From contig ADNK01003064.1 of assembly GCA_000320545.1 (NCBI GenBank), positions 16,986 to 80,985 of the forward strand: a stretch of DNA of 64,000 nt. Direction: 5' to 3'. The notes under the pieces are model-generated. The model searched no databases and was not told the DNA's origin. It worked only from the letters and a program-made list of their open reading frames with translations. The position numbers were made by a program, and so were the translations under genes. This document shows, piece by piece, positions 27,801-40,830 of this stretch. Position 1 is the stretch's first letter, and each line of letters opens with the position of its first letter. The DNA comes from Bigelowiella natans CCMP2755 (taxonomy: Eukaryota; Protista; Cercozoa).

Positions 27801-29419
27801 CGCGTCATTATCATCATTCTCCTAACTACCACCGCTACTATCACCAATTATTCAAAACTAAGTAGTGTTTTAGCTATTAATAAATGACCGATGATTGTAT
27901 TTTGGCATTTGATGAGATCAAGTTGCTCAATGAGCTCCTCTACACGTTTTTCCACCACAACTCGGTCACGTGTGGCAGTTTGGTCCATCATCAACAATGT
28001 ATGCACATATAGATGCTCTCGAACGGTCAGAAGCTCACGGAAGAGGTCATGCTGATTTTGATTTACAACCATGATATTATACATATTTAATTCGTCGCGA
28101 GTATATATATATATATAATATTGATAATGTTTAAAAGATGCTGCAGTATTATCCGAACATTAACTGTTACCTGATGACACAAAGCAATGTCTGTTAATGG
28201 CACATTTTGAATCGGTTTGCTGTTAAACACTATCTCTCCAGAGGATGGAAGGAGTCTTCGCGACAAGCACTTCAGCAAGGTCGACTACCTCCGTGGTAAG
28301 TAAGATGATAATAAATATGACAATGATGGTGTTAATTAACCTGCTGAGAAGCTTTGAAGAGGACACGTGATCACAACACATATACCGTGTATCATTTCCA
28401 ATATATTTACAACTAGTACTACTACTGCTACTACTATTACTGTACCAACTAGCTCCTATCCTTACCTTTCCAGCTCCTGATGGACCGAGAATGCATAAAA
28501 GTCTTCCTTGCCGTGCTATACCATAGCTGTCGCCTAGAATCTGTTTATCATAACCCTGAATAGATACATGATCAATATCGTAATCTGGGAGATAAGATAT
28601 AAAAGAGAGGGAAGGTGGGAGGGAGAAGGAGAGGGGGGGGGGGGGGGAGAAACTACGCTGGAAGCTGTGATATTGAAGGAGAGCTGTGACCACAATAATG
28701 CGGGTCTCGAAGCCTTTTCTTCAGAACTGACATTTGTCATGATGGTTCCTCCAGTAGCAGTAGAAGCGGTCATAACAGGTGTATGTTGTTGTTGGTGAGG
28801 AGGAGGAGGTTGAGCACTCGAAGAGTTGGTCTCTTTTATGTCTATTACAAGAAGCCTCTCGTCCTTTGTTGTAGAATGATAAGCATTGACAGTAGATTTA
28901 AAATCTGTCTGTTTAGTTGCATCAATAAGCTGCAACTGCTCCGTGCCACCGCCCTCCAAGTATGACGATGAAATAGCGCGATCATCAGCATCACCGTTTG
29001 TTACGTTTGTTATCGTTTTAACGGACCCCAACGACTCTAGCCGATTCCTAGCATTAGTTGTAGTATTGCTACCTTTCTTCGCAGTAGAGAAACTATGACG
29101 AAAAACTTTGTTATCATGACTCAGGAGCTGGGGATTGCTTCGATTGGGAGAAGATGCCCTGCTACTGTGCTTACTAGTTTGTCGTGACCCTGGGCGAAAT
29201 AATGCGTCTTATTGAAAATATTGAGACACTTACTGGAAATGACGAGATATGGTTAAAACATGCACCTTCTCGGCGGCCATGGGGAGAGCTATCACGTCTC
29301 CGACTTGCAAGTAGTGCAGGATGAGCACTGTCATTTGGCGCGGCGTTTACATCGTCGTCATTGTAACTCTGATCACCCGTCGCCCCCTTGTCCTTCTGCT
29401 TCAGCGTATTAAGACTCAT
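24860..29419 (-). CDS. ABCG (white-like) half-transporter, NBD-TMD order, ~13 exons (start codon uncertain)
   Basis: Walker A ILGPSGAGK/STLL, LTVREHL, signature ISGGERRRLSIA, Walker B LLFLDEATSGLDS, ATIHQPS, C-P-x-x-x-NPAE/F. TMD motifs INGALFF, FPKELVVFRREYSSGIY and SGFII...VPDYYIWL. Confidence 0.93.
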
Positions 29420-29686
29420 TTCTGACAAGGTTGTAAGATACCTTCTTCGTAATTTAGGTCAGACGACATCCATCGAAAGGCTGGTGTCGTGTCTCGATGC
29501 AAACATAGATGGATTCCGCAATGAGATTTGAGGCATCGACCGATCAACTAACAACAATCGACAACAATATTATTCACGAATAGGAACAAAAACAACCCAG
29601 AAATTTCCAAGTAGTCTCTCAAACGAACAGCCGGCACTATCTCAAAAGAATAAAGATGTTAGTCTAGTTAGTTGTTCTAGTCGCAT

Positions 29687-29771
29687 CCTTGACGACTTCC
29701 CAGTTATGTTGTTAGTTAGTTAGTTAGTTAGTTATTCTGTTCGCGCCCTTGACTTCCCAGCTATGTTGTTA
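29687..29771 (-). mobile_element. Possible extremely 5'-truncated non-LTR retroelement insertion with a (CTAA)n tail and ~25-bp flanking duplication
   Basis: The 32-bp core (GTTA)n-TTCTGTTCGCGC (29715-29746) is flanked by near-identical ccttgac..ttcccag(t/c)tatgttgtta repeats (29687-29714, 29747-29771). The same core recurs at 2496-2528. Confidence 0.45.
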
Positions 29772-29862
29772 CACCGAAGTGATTTTCATATGTTGTTTGT
29801 TTGTTCATTCACCGATTAAGTACTCGTAGGATGTTATCTCATAACGGATATTATTGCAAAAA

Positions 29863-29865
<3 letters not shown>

Positions 29866-29926
<61 letters not shown>
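29866..29926 (+). repeat. (CAA)n microsatellite upstream of the PiT start codon
   Basis: About 20 perfect CAA units. Confidence 0.95.
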
Positions 29927-29927
<1 letters not shown>

Positions 29928-30003
29928 GAGACACCAACCACGTGGTGTATCATTTATCTATTCATTCATTCCGTACTGCTTCAGGCCTCCCCTTAACAAT
30001 CAC

Positions 30004-30985
30004 ATGAGTGCTGTTCCGAAAAACGCGAGCTCTCATCATGATGGGGAAAAGACTGCAGCAGCTGAGAGCCAAAGCTCAACTATCATGGGGGCAGTTACGA
30101 GGCGGGAGAAAGTTGTAGTGATAACAGTGTCGCTGGTGATTATGGGCTTCATGAAATCCATGTTGTTACGGACGGACAAAGACGCAGCATCACCTCTGGT
30201 TTCTCACCTTGCGCACCTCTCCGTGTATGTTTAGTATAACTATAGTGATAATAATAATAACACGGTAAAGGCTGCATGTATATTAAGGATGGTACAGCTC
30301 CTAATGCAGCATAAAGTTGTTGTTTGCTGTTTGCTGCGAGCTACTACTACTATTACAACATGTCTCCCTGCCTGCCTTCATCACCAATGATGACGTACGA
30401 AGGTATGCGGCCTTTCTCCTTGCCTTCACCAACGGGGCAAATGACATCGCGAACAGCATGGGTAAGTAGTGTAGTAGTAGTAGTAGAATACTTACGTCAT
30501 CATCATCATGAGAATCTCATGATTTCCCTCCATTCAGTCGTCGTAGTCAAAATTCTAACATTATTGTTTGATCATGGATTCGCACCGTTGCTTATTATCG
30601 CTTACTATACGGTGTGAATAATAGGTACAAGTGTAGGCGCTAATGCGCTTACTTTAAGAGGAGCTATTGCGGCTGGATGCGTGTTTGAACTCACAGGTGC
30701 TGGTTGTGCTTATTGTTGTTGTTGCTGTTGTTGTTGTTATTGTTGTCAAAACTACTTGGCGATGTTACTTTTGGATGGATGATACCGGCACACATCCATA
30801 TTATCTTCAAAAGCTGTTAGCATTTCTCAAACACACACACACACATACACACACATACAACACATATACACATTAAATAAATGATTAACCAATTGTTAGT
30901 CATCGCTTTGCACTCACAAATGATATTCATTCCTCCTCTTCATCCTCACCCCCCTCCTCATCCTCCTCCTCCTCCTCCTCTTTTG

Positions 30986-31016
<31 letters not shown>

Positions 31017-32471
31017 CACTACAACTATGCTACTGCTACTATTACCACCACTATTACTACTACTGCAACTATGCTACTGCTCTACCCTCTCCAACAAATA
31101 GGCGGGTTGATTATTGGACCCCTTGTTAGCGACACTTTATCCCATGGGGTGGGTAGGAATTAAATAACAGCGTCGTAACAATAGCAGCAGCAGCAGCAGC
31201 AGCAACTATCGATAAAACAGGCCGCTGTATTTATTATTAACAGCTATGAGACGTTGTAAATTACAGCAGTTTGATGAAATACTTGTAATGGGAGGAATAG
31301 GAGAATAGTAGAAGTGAGGAGAAGGAGGAGGATAAATGAAACCTGCGCACATCATCTTCTCATTATAATATTGATGACTCCGATACACACTAGATAATCA
31401 ATTCTCATTACAATATTGATGACTCTGATACACATTACATAATCAATTCTCATTATTGATACACACTAGATAATCAATTCTCATTATAATATTGATGACT
31501 CCGATAATACATATTAGATAATCGATTTAGAAAGTTTCGAGAAGACCCCAAACACGCTCGTTAAGATAATGTAAGAAGAAGCAGCAACACGCCCATCTTC
31601 ACCTCATCTTCGAATTTTCCTTTTTGTGTATTAGTAGTAGTAGTAGCAGTACCAGAAGTATAATATACTTACGAGGCATTTAACAGTATAATTACAGTGC
31701 TTTTGTGTCCTTTACGTTCTACTGGCTTTGACAAATTTAATAACATTACTTAGCAACAAAAAGTCATAAAATAATAAGAACTTCGTATGCTGCTGCTGCT
31801 GCTGCTGCTGTTGCTGCTCCTTGTGGTGGTGGTGACACTGCTGCTGCTATTTAGGTTTTGTTCAATATTGGGAAGTGCCTTCTCAACCCTTGGTATTATG
31901 TGTTTGAGTGTATATGATGTGTCTTTATACGTGTGTGTGCGTGTGATTTGTTCACTTGTACAACAACAAACACCTTGTTGTTGTGTAATGATTGCTACTC
32001 TCTACTTATTCTCCCTTTCTTCTTCTTCTTCTTCTTCTTCTTCTTCTTCTTCTTCTTCCTACCGTATCCTCCTTCCGTATGATAACAAATTATCGTTCAT
32101 CCACCCCCCCCTCTCGTTGCTTCATTGAAATCCAACCGACAAATCATCAATAAATTAATTAATAAATAAATAGGTGCTACTGCGTACGGAGTTCCTGTTT
32201 CAGCAACTAAAGGAGTCATCACCAGCATGGTATATATTACTAACTTGTAACTAACAGAGGAAGGAAGATAAAGGAAAAGATCGCCTGAGAGGCCAATCAT
32301 CATCATGATAATCGTATTGTTGGGGTTAGTATCACAAGCCTACTATTTGTTGTATGCTTCTTCTCCTCCTCCTCCTCCTCCTCCTATCATTCGTTCGTAT
32401 CGTAGGTGGTTTTGGCTCTCTGCACGCTTGGCCGTAAGTCGCTCAATACGCATGGTAAGTACTACTAAACA

Positions 32472-32507
<36 letters not shown>

Positions 32508-32582
32508 AATTTTATTTCAGGATTAAATACAGAAGTAGTAGTAGTAGTGGTGGTGGTGGTAGTAGTGTGCTAATCGGTGTGG

Positions 32583-32613
<31 letters not shown>

Positions 32614-33152
32614 TAATGTTTGCCAGGATTGCGTTTGATGGGATTGACTTTTATCGTGAGTCCGATCGCAGGGATGGTCGGAGCATATGTGTTTTATTCG
32701 TTGATAATTAATTTCATCTTAAAGGTCAGTTAGTATAGTACATACTAACATAGAGATAGTAGTAGAAGGGGCGAGAATAAATGGTGGTAGTAGTGGTGAT
32801 GATGATGATGATGTTGTTGTGCTGCTAGTTGTTGTCACCATTATGTGCCGATGATGATGATCATCGTCATTATCATCATCGTCATCTTTCCTCCTCCTTG
32901 ATATCATCTTCATTCATCTGCTAATGTTATATAGTCTTCCCCAGTCGAGAATGCCCGAGCTTATCAGCCGTTACTAATTGCAATCACAATTGCCGGTATG
33001 TAAAAATAATAATAATAATAATTCGACTAAATAAAATAGTTTGAATACATGAGAAAAGAAGAAGAAGAAGAAGAAGAAGAAGAAGAAGAAGAAGGAATTA
33101 TCTAAGGTCTATAACTGTCCTTTTGTATGTGTGAATGGATCATCGGTCGTTG

Positions 33153-33186
<34 letters not shown>

Positions 33187-33460
33187 TATCTTCAGTCTCC
33201 ATGCTCTCCCTCACACTATCTGGGCCAACGGCAATCAATCCCCCCCCGCTTGCATTCATCGCCGCTATAACTACTGGGGTGGGGTGATAGAGAAGAATCA
33301 GAAAGGCTAATGAGAGACATTATTATTATTAATAATGATAGTAATAATAATGACAGTACGGGACCTGAGGGAGAGAGGGAAGGGGGATGATGATAATGAT
33401 GATGATGATGATAATGATGATGATGATGATGACGATAGGGATGATGATGATGGAAGATCT

Positions 33461-33491
<31 letters not shown>

Positions 33492-35325
33492 TAATCATCA
33501 TCCCAATAATATCACCACCTACTAGCTCTAACCAACACACAATAACCATAACAGGGGGTAGTTGGGATCATGTGGCCAATGATGCAGCAGAAACAGCAGC
33601 ACCAACAACAACAAGAGAAAACAACTCTACATGGCGAGTATATCCTGAAGAGTGGTGACATTATTATTGAGGGGGGAGAGAAGGAGGAGATCGAGTTAGA
33701 GGAGAGAAAGAAGAATACGCACGAAGCAGGGACTGCAGCAGTTTTACACACAGAAGAATCATCGACGATGATGTTTATGAAGGCAAATCCCAATTGCTCA
33801 CATAACGAAACCTTGCCATCATCATCATCATCTTTTGAGATAAGAAGAAGCAACACCGAAAATAAACAGAGCAGTTGTGGCCAACAGAGTGCTGGTACTA
33901 CTTCAGCTCCTCCTCTATCAAAAGTACAACAAGAAGGGGAGGGGGGGGGAGGAAAACATAGTGGTAGAGACTACTCAGCAGTGACGACGATAGCTGCAAC
34001 AATCAAGAACATATTCTCTCCTCTAGTTGTTCTCAGTGGATGTGTGGTGGTAAGATATATATCTATTGAATGATGATGATGAACAAGAAGAAGAATAACA
34101 GTTCGTTGATTATCTCTTCATGTTTCGATGTGCTCTTGAATAAATATGGCGCAAAGACGATAATGATGATGATGGTGGTGGTGATGATACTGATGATGAT
34201 GATACTGATGATTGATGATGGTTAAAAATCATCGGTGTGTTGTAAGTGAGTAATGATGACTGATCACTATATCCAGGCTTTTGCACACGGAAGCAATGAT
34301 GTGAGTAATGCTGCAGGTAATAATTTTCTAAGAATCAACGAATAATCACGTACTGCTGATAAGTTATTAAGGAATAAATCACTTGTTATTGGTGATATAG
34401 ATCCTTACATGCAATATCATCATAAATGTACACACATTTTGGGTTTTTGTGGCTACTGCGGTAGTTATACTTTTCATCCCATGTGTGATACTACATATGT
34501 GTGTTTGCTGATAACAATAACAATAAAGGGCCTTTGAGTGTGATAGCCGGTTATTCTGCAAATCCAAATACAACTATGGCTACAATCCAGGTAATAATAG
34601 CAACAAACAATATGAATATATGCAGTAATGAATGAAGGATAATGATGATGCTTTTGATGTCCATGTAAACAACACACTATTCGAATGACGACGACGATGC
34701 CAAACACATAGAAACAAATATATCATAACTACAATATTGAGTAAATATAATGTCATATGATTTGTCTGTTCTGAGACTTTTTCTATTGATATTGCTTATT
34801 TGAGTCAGTAGTAGTAGTAGTAGTAGTAGTAGTAGTCTGTATTAGGAGGTAGATAAGATCATCCTTCGTTTTATCCTTATATACTGTTTTGGTTGTGACC
34901 TGCAGAGACCGTATTGGACAAATGCACTTGCTTCAGTAGCTTTTGTGTGCGGCATCGTAACAATGGTAAGTGAGTAAAGCAACATGTATGTATAGATGTA
35001 GTAGCAATTCATTATGATAATAATCATGATGATGATAATTATGGTGAGGGTTTCATACTTACATACTGCCATCGCACGCTGCATCTGATGATATTCCTCC
35101 CATGTTAGCACAAATGCTATTTGCTTGATAAATGATTAGTGTCACACACGTGATGTATTGTTCAATGCTAAATGATATTCTTCAACACTATTAGAATCAT
35201 TTTTATTATTTTATTATAGCCATCCTCTTTTATCCTTATTCTTTTCCTCTTCCTTATTACTATCAATCCTCATCATTATCATCATTATTATCGTTACGTC
35301 GTTGTCTCATCATCGTGTATACTAT

Positions 35326-35362
<37 letters not shown>

Positions 35363-35476
35363 GAATGACAGGGAGGCCGAACAATACGCTTGGTTGGTTG
35401 TAAATTAGCGAAGCAAACAGCACCTAAGGTGCTATGTCCGCAGCTTCTTTCAACTGTTGTTGTGGTTGTTGTTGTA

Positions 35477-35512
<36 letters not shown>

Positions 35513-35648
35513 ATGGTTGATAGTGAGGATGAAATGACACCAGTACTAGATAAAAAATGAGACCTTCTTTCCACAAGTTTTAAGTAATTTGTGCTGCTAA
35601 TGTGATGTTGCAATCAAAAGAGAATCATTTCTCCCTTCTCCCATCATT

Positions 35649-35680
<32 letters not shown>

Positions 35681-35771
35681 TATCATCGACGATGATGACG
35701 ACTACGATACACATTGTAATATAGGCATTTGCAACTCAGCTTGGAGCTGCCTGCACGATACTTATCTGCAG

Positions 35772-35810
<39 letters not shown>

Positions 35811-35869
35811 CTCGAAATAATCAAATTAATGATATTTGGGAAAGAGACGCTTCCACATAGTAGTAGTAA

Positions 35870-35902
<33 letters not shown>

Positions 35903-37025
35903 CACCTTTCAAGCCGTTGCATTATTCAGTGAAATAGTAGCTGTAGTTTATATGTTGTCGACTCATACATGAAATCAAATTTAAAAGAAGGAAGGAGGGA
36001 GGGGGGATGGGGAGATGGACAGAAAATAATGTGAGGTATAAAATGCATCATTTGCATAATTTGGCAACAAATCATGGCTATCTCGATATTGTAAGAAAAT
36101 GAAGTTCAAAGTGGCTTATGCTATTGTAAACGGCCAGTTCGATAATTGTTACTTTTCGTGTTACCGTAGTATAGATATCACAAACTGAACAAATGAATGA
36201 ATATTAGTTTTGCCTCGTAATGATTTTAACATCATCATCATCATCAAGAGAATAAATTAAAGTATTCGAATATGGTTTTTCCATCACAGTTACGTAAAGC
36301 AGACAGTGAGCACATCCCACGTCCTTGTCGGGTAGCAAAGACTAATTGGCATTTGTTTTTGTTGTTGTTATTGTTGTTGATGATGATGATGATGATGATG
36401 ATCATGATCATGATAGTCGAAGGCAACAGAGGAAGATCACCACTTCCTCAATAAACTGATGGAATTCATATTATTGCTCTCTCCTCTTTAATAATAGCAG
36501 CGTTTAGTATTATTATTATTATTATTGTTGTTGTTATTATTATTATGTAATTATAATCATTCTCCGTACAAGTGGCAGTAGTATTTTATCATCTCAATAA
36601 ATACCACATAAGCCCATCATTTAACAGACGCATAATCATACTACTAGCACAGCCCCTTAATAGACACATCATCATCGGCTAGCTAACTGAGAGGCATTGA
36701 CACACCATCATACTACTAGTTCTGTTGTCGGAGCTAGCATAGCTGAGAGGCATTGGCTATCTTCTAACGTTGATGTGGATTACAGGTTGTTAGTCGCATA
36801 ACTACATATCAGAGAGCAGCTGTAGTGTACCTAAAGCAGACAATAAGATCATAGTGCAGAAGTCACATCAACAGCATATATAATGTAATATATTATTTGT
36901 ATTATATGCTTTCAAACAGTGTATTGGTAAAGATAGTGACTGGTTGGATCGTAACAATTCCAATAGCAGGAGGTATTGCATGGATTTGTTTTTACGGTGT
37001 TAATATCATCTCTGGGCAATGGTAG
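30004..37025 (+). CDS. PiT/SLC20/PHO4-family inorganic phosphate transporter, ~20 exons
   Basis: N-terminal signature AFTNGANDIANSMG/TSVGANALTL...FE; C-terminal signature AFAHGSNDVSNAAG/PL; also GGRTIRLVG, AFATQLGAA, VSTSHVLVG/SVVG and KIVTGWIVTIPIAG. Stop TAG at 37023-37025. Confidence 0.93.
31358..31523. repeat. Imperfect ~44-bp tandem repeats ending at a PiT splice acceptor
   Basis: About 4 copies of tattgatgactccgatacacactagATAATCaattctcatta. The last copy (ttag|ATAATC, ~31517) is the in-frame acceptor. Confidence 0.85.
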
Positions 37026-38122
37026 GTCAAATTTATGACTATTTCTTCTTCTTTGAATTTTGTTAATATAACCTCATCTCGGCAAGTTGTGAGTAGGAAT
37101 TATCAGTAGAACTAATTTCATAGAGTACGTACTTTCTCGTAGCATTTAAAAGCACGTACTACGCCTCTAATTGATAAAGGTGAGACCATTGTCGTATACC
37201 CGTTATTCGATTTCAAATTGTTAGCCATTATTACATATGTGTCATCAAACAGTCCCTGTGCGTGATGTCTAATGCTTGCATAGTACGACTCGTGTGCAAA
37301 CTCTTAGTTGCTAGGTACATGCTGCCTCATGTTCTCTCCTTGGCCAAAAACTCACTAACATATCAAAATATCCGTAATACCACACTATATGCCTCAAATT
37401 GATAACCACCTGCTGTCAATGGGTCATTATGAGCTGCATGACAAGAAGATGTACTGCACGAATAAAAATGTACGTCTCCCTTTTAGAGCGCCTGTCGCCG
37501 AGCAGGACGAACGCACACAGTACAACATGGAACAACACTTATTGTTGCTGAGCGCTGCGCACATTATTGATGTGCGCCAAAGCAGTATAAGTAGCCAACT
37601 ATGTATGTGCAATATAAAAAACCGTATGATATTGATAAAAGCCATTAACAAGGCATTTAACGTACAATACGTGCGACATAGCACAGCCACATCACACTGT
37701 CACGTACATGCATGTATATCGATATGAACAAACGTATGCATTCTGTCATACGACACGTCGGCTGCATCGCTGCATCACAGGGTGGTATGTACTTCACCGC
37801 TGCTATATATGTGATAGACATATGGCTCCGGCTAGTAGCGGCTATCACACGCAATAAGTCTAGACAGCTGCAGGTAGCACTAGAGTATGCGAATCGCAAC
37901 AATGTGCACTACGTACAGCATGCATACATGCATTATTACTTTGCTATTGATGACGTGTTTTTCTATCAAAATCATCGATACGAATTGCATGCACCACATC
38001 GATCCCCTGTGTACTAGTGTGGCCAGTCCTAGAGTCAGCCAGTCAGTCAGTTATTCAGTCATTAGCATGCCCATGATGTGATGATACTCACTTGTTCTTC
38101 TTCTATGTACTGCTGCTGCTGC

Positions 38123-38721
38123 TTAGGTCCTTCGCTGCTTCATCCAGTGATTCTTTTGTAGTGCCGGAAGCCATTTAAACTCATAATCGAAATAGCTAAT
38201 TTCCTTTCTTACAGCACGGCTCCTTAGCATTTTGATAATCTCTTTGCGTGGCATATTCTCGGTGAAATCAACATAATGATCTGCTAGTTGATCGAAATCT
38301 TTTATAAGTAAGAAAAGGGAATGCTCCAAAATGCTGAAGTCTTTGAACACACTTGCGTGATGTTTCTTGAATTGCAGTAACATCTTATTATGGTAGTCAG
38401 GAAGATCCTTATAGTAGACGTTTGTGGCATAGTGATGAGCGAGATGATCGTCTTCACCGAAGTAGTCATCATCACCGTCGATCACCTAAACCAATCAAAC
38501 GTTGTCGTAGACATTTTTGTATAATGATCAGGAGTATATATTCAAAGATGAAAACATAATAATTTGAATGACAATCGCTCATCTCCCTCTTCGCTTCGCT
38601 ACCTAATCGTATTTTATTAATTAAGAAGAACATGCTTCGCTACTTTATTGTATTTTATTGATTTAGAAGAACATGCTTCGCTACTTTATTAGAAAGAGCA
38701 TTCATTAAAATAGGCAGTCAG

Positions 38722-38752
<31 letters not shown>

Positions 38753-38978
38753 ACGTATTCTTACCGCTGAACTGTTAACCACTGATATATGACGCCCATT
38801 TTCGTCAAAGTCAATGTACGCGTGCAAACCGATGTTGATGAATGCAAGAAAGTACATCATAGCCACAGCAGGTTGCAGGTAAATGAAGAAGATGAAGCTG
38901 AAACTGCCTGTGATTGCATAGAGGCAGGAAGGAACTACCAACCAGTACCTAATTATTTATTGATGATAACGGTCGTCG

Positions 38979-39013
<35 letters not shown>

Positions 39014-39075
39014 CGTTACTCTACCACATACTATAAGCACTGGACAATACTGGCTTACACAATACTTATACACAA

Positions 39076-39107
<32 letters not shown>

Positions 39108-40389
39108 TTTCTCGGTGCTACTTACCATAGCATTCCCTGTCGCAATAGATTGTAGGCTCGATGCTGCTCGTTTTTCTTGAAGAAATACAGCGAGCTGAAA
39201 CCCACAACATGGGTCATAATACGATAGATGAACAGCATGAAGTCGCGCCAGCTTGTGCGGTCAATATCCCATTGATAGAACGTATCACCCATCCCTCCCT
39301 GTAACTTATGGTGGATACTGATGTGGCTTGTCGTGAAATTCTGATGAGAATATTAATAGGAAGAACACACTTGATGATGAGGGAGGGACTGAATGAGGGG
39401 AGAGGAAGTAGTATCTGTTTTGGTAATTTGCACGCACGGTAAAGAAGCATGAGTGGTGTAAAGGGTGTATATTAACGTTAAATGGTGGTAATATCCTCTC
39501 TAACTATACTAACTAATTTCTTTCTTTACCGCGGGTATCATGTACTAATAATAAACCCCCACTTCTGATATGATTCTATTCTATGATTACTACTACTACC
39601 CATGGAACATTTCCGTAGAAGACCCCAAGATAGTTCTCAAACCAATTTCCGATTGTTTTCTTAAACCAAGGCTGGTACAGGTAGGCGTTGTGGCCTTCTT
39701 TATGAGCAAATGTGTAAGCACCCCCCATTTGACGACCTCCTATCCCAACCCACAACCAGTAGTACGCCTAATAGTATTGAGAAAAAGTGCATAGTGAGTA
39801 ATCTAGTGAAGACAGACATCCAAGAGATTGTAGTTTATTTAGGGTTTATTATTTAGGTGTTTGCGGAGTTCGATTATTGGTAGGTCTTTCGTGTTGCAGT
39901 ACTATTACTTACTTACTTACCGCTATTTAGGGTTTATTATTTAGGTGTTTGCGGAGTTCGATTATTGGTAGGTCTCTCGTGTTGCAGTACTATTACTTAC
40001 TTACTTACCGCTATTTAGGGTTTGTTATTTAGGTGTTTGCGGAGTTCGATTATTGGTAGGTCTCTCGTGTTGCAGTACTATTACTTACTTACTTACTTAC
40101 TTACCGCTATAACACTCCAAGACAATGTTCCGTAGGTGAGTTGATACCAGAATACCATCGAAAGACTTGCAAATGCGCTCAGTGTTACAAGAAATGCAGT
40201 TGCGGCGTAATCACCGTGTCTTGGGTTCTTGTAAAGGTACCTAGTAATGATGACCAGAAGAAGAAGAAGAAGAAGAAGAAGAAGAACGTGTTCCTTCAAG
40301 AGTGCAATATTGATAATTGGTATCAAGAAACCTTGCACATTCCGCAGAACAATTGCTAGGCGTATGATGGAAAAGGAGAAACCAGAACC

Positions 40390-40443
<54 letters not shown>

Positions 40444-40794
40444 AGAGAAGATCTCTTTCTTGTTTGTTACGCAGAAGCCTCTCACTTCTAATTTTCTCTA
40501 CCTTGAGGCGACCCAGCGTACTGGGCTAAAACGACTGTCTATAACATAGAAGAGAGGTCTGATAACATGTCGGAGGCAATGCTTCCACAGAAGGCCATTT
40601 CCAGCGATAGGTATAGCCCAAAATACGAGGAAGTTTATGGTTAAAACCCAACCAATGGCCTCCCTCGTTCTTATCGTCAGGGCGATTTGCCACGGACAAT
40701 TTGGGGGAAGTACATGAGCAGGAGGAATTTTTTCCATCTTTTGAAGTCGCTCTGCAACATTAACATCCTGACGATAGGTACAGCAGCAATATTA

Positions 40795-40830
<36 letters not shown>

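Noticed and set aside
29854-30003. Poly-Q/N/L/I/ER ORFs here and throughout the ORF track
   Set aside because: These are translations of microsatellites in UTRs or introns, not proteins.
39837-40110. Regularly spaced repeats resembling a CRISPR array
   Set aside because: The whole 88-bp units are near-identical with no unique spacers, the context is a eukaryotic intron, and no cas genes are present.
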